Source of the DNA: Anaerolineaceae bacterium
GTDB taxonomy: Bacteria; Chloroflexota; Anaerolineae; Anaerolineales; Anaerolineaceae
Direction of reading: 5' to 3'
Assembly (NCBI GenBank): GCA_040772945.1
Contig: JAXGXE010000001.1
Coordinates: forward strand, 1,012,862 to 1,076,861
Length of the DNA: 64,000 nucleotides
Made by a program: the position numbers and the translations under genes. Position 1 is the stretch's first letter. Each line of letters opens with the position of its first letter. Shown here piece after piece: positions 63,668-64,000 of this stretch. Under the pieces are notes generated by a model. The model was not told the origin of the DNA and ran no database searches. It saw only the letters and a list, made by a program, of their open reading frames with translations.

Positions 63668-64000
63668 TCTTATCGAGGACAAAAAATTTTTTAAAGAGTT
63701 GGCCAGTGATAGAAAAAATTTACCTTTGGAATAGTAAAGTCAGTGATGTTGGAAAGGAGGCTTCCGAGAACGGAAGTAGATGAAAAATGTATCACGGTAA
63801 ATGATAAAATTCACCCCCTCCGGGGAGGGGGAATTAAAGGGGGTGGGTCATTAGGTAAACCACACACAGAAATGGAATAGCTCAATAAATTCGCAGAAAA
63901 ACGATTATAGTTCGGTATAATTAACAAAGGCTGATGTTTAACGAAGGTGATGCGCTATGGAAAAACTTCTCAGGCAATATTTAAACACAATTTACGAAAA

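Noticed and set aside
63957-64000. Possible start of a plus-strand gene (MEKLLRQYLNTIYE..) at the window edge
   Set aside because: Only 14 codons are visible, with a weak GAAGGTGA Shine-Dalgarno. That is not enough to call a gene or a product.

Overview
This 64-kb bacterial chromosomal window is moderately AT-rich. Its gene content loosely suggests a Chloroflexota/Anaerolineae-like organism: a type-2 IleRS behind a T-box, isopentenyl-phosphate kinase plus mevalonate kinase, and sigma-54. That placement is inference only.

Housekeeping blocks:
- ileS-lspA-rluD-ltaE
- hflX and rpmF
- yqeB-yqeC, then mtnA, a PfkB kinase and ahcY
- recA, a DUF1015-like gene, degV
- ffh, then rpsP-khpA-rimM-dprA-topA
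- greA, a dGTPase-like gene, IPK-MVK and a UbiA-type prenyltransferase

Accessory regions interleaved with these:
1. 0.2-5.5 kb: a polyprenyl-phosphate aminosugar glycosylation cluster (WecE/WecD-like enzymes, a small flippase-like protein, a GT2 and a GT-C transferase).
2. 5.6-10.6 kb: an insertion-sequence (IS) nest next to tRNA-His. Two identical ISNCY/IS1202-like elements bracket two tandem identical IS481-like elements. A duplicated tRNA-His 3' half lies just downstream.
3. 17.1-34.1 kb: a compact sigma-54 locus. It holds rpoN, a cytoplasmic PAS kinase and an enhancer-binding protein that lacks a DNA-binding domain. Two near-consensus -24/-12 promoters drive (a) a small membrane protein, a ~1775-aa all-TPR protein, a TPR plus clan-CD (gingipain/caspase-fold) protease and a small protein, and (b) a secreted BNR/Asp-box propeller plus a metallophosphoesterase. 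This is my best candidate for an undescribed system.
4. 48.8-51.8 kb: a third IS481-like copy that splits ffh from rpsP. It is itself interrupted by 1940 bp of foreign, GC-rich DNA bounded by a 24-bp direct repeat. The insert carries two small ORFs and about 1.2 kb of non-coding hairpins with conserved loops and covarying stems.
5. 62.6-63.7 kb: a REP-associated tyrosine transposase (RAYT) flanked by GC-rich repeats that share a motif with that hairpin array.

I found no rRNA genes, CRISPR arrays or cas genes. All calls are made by eye from the sequence and from recalled family motifs; no database search was run.
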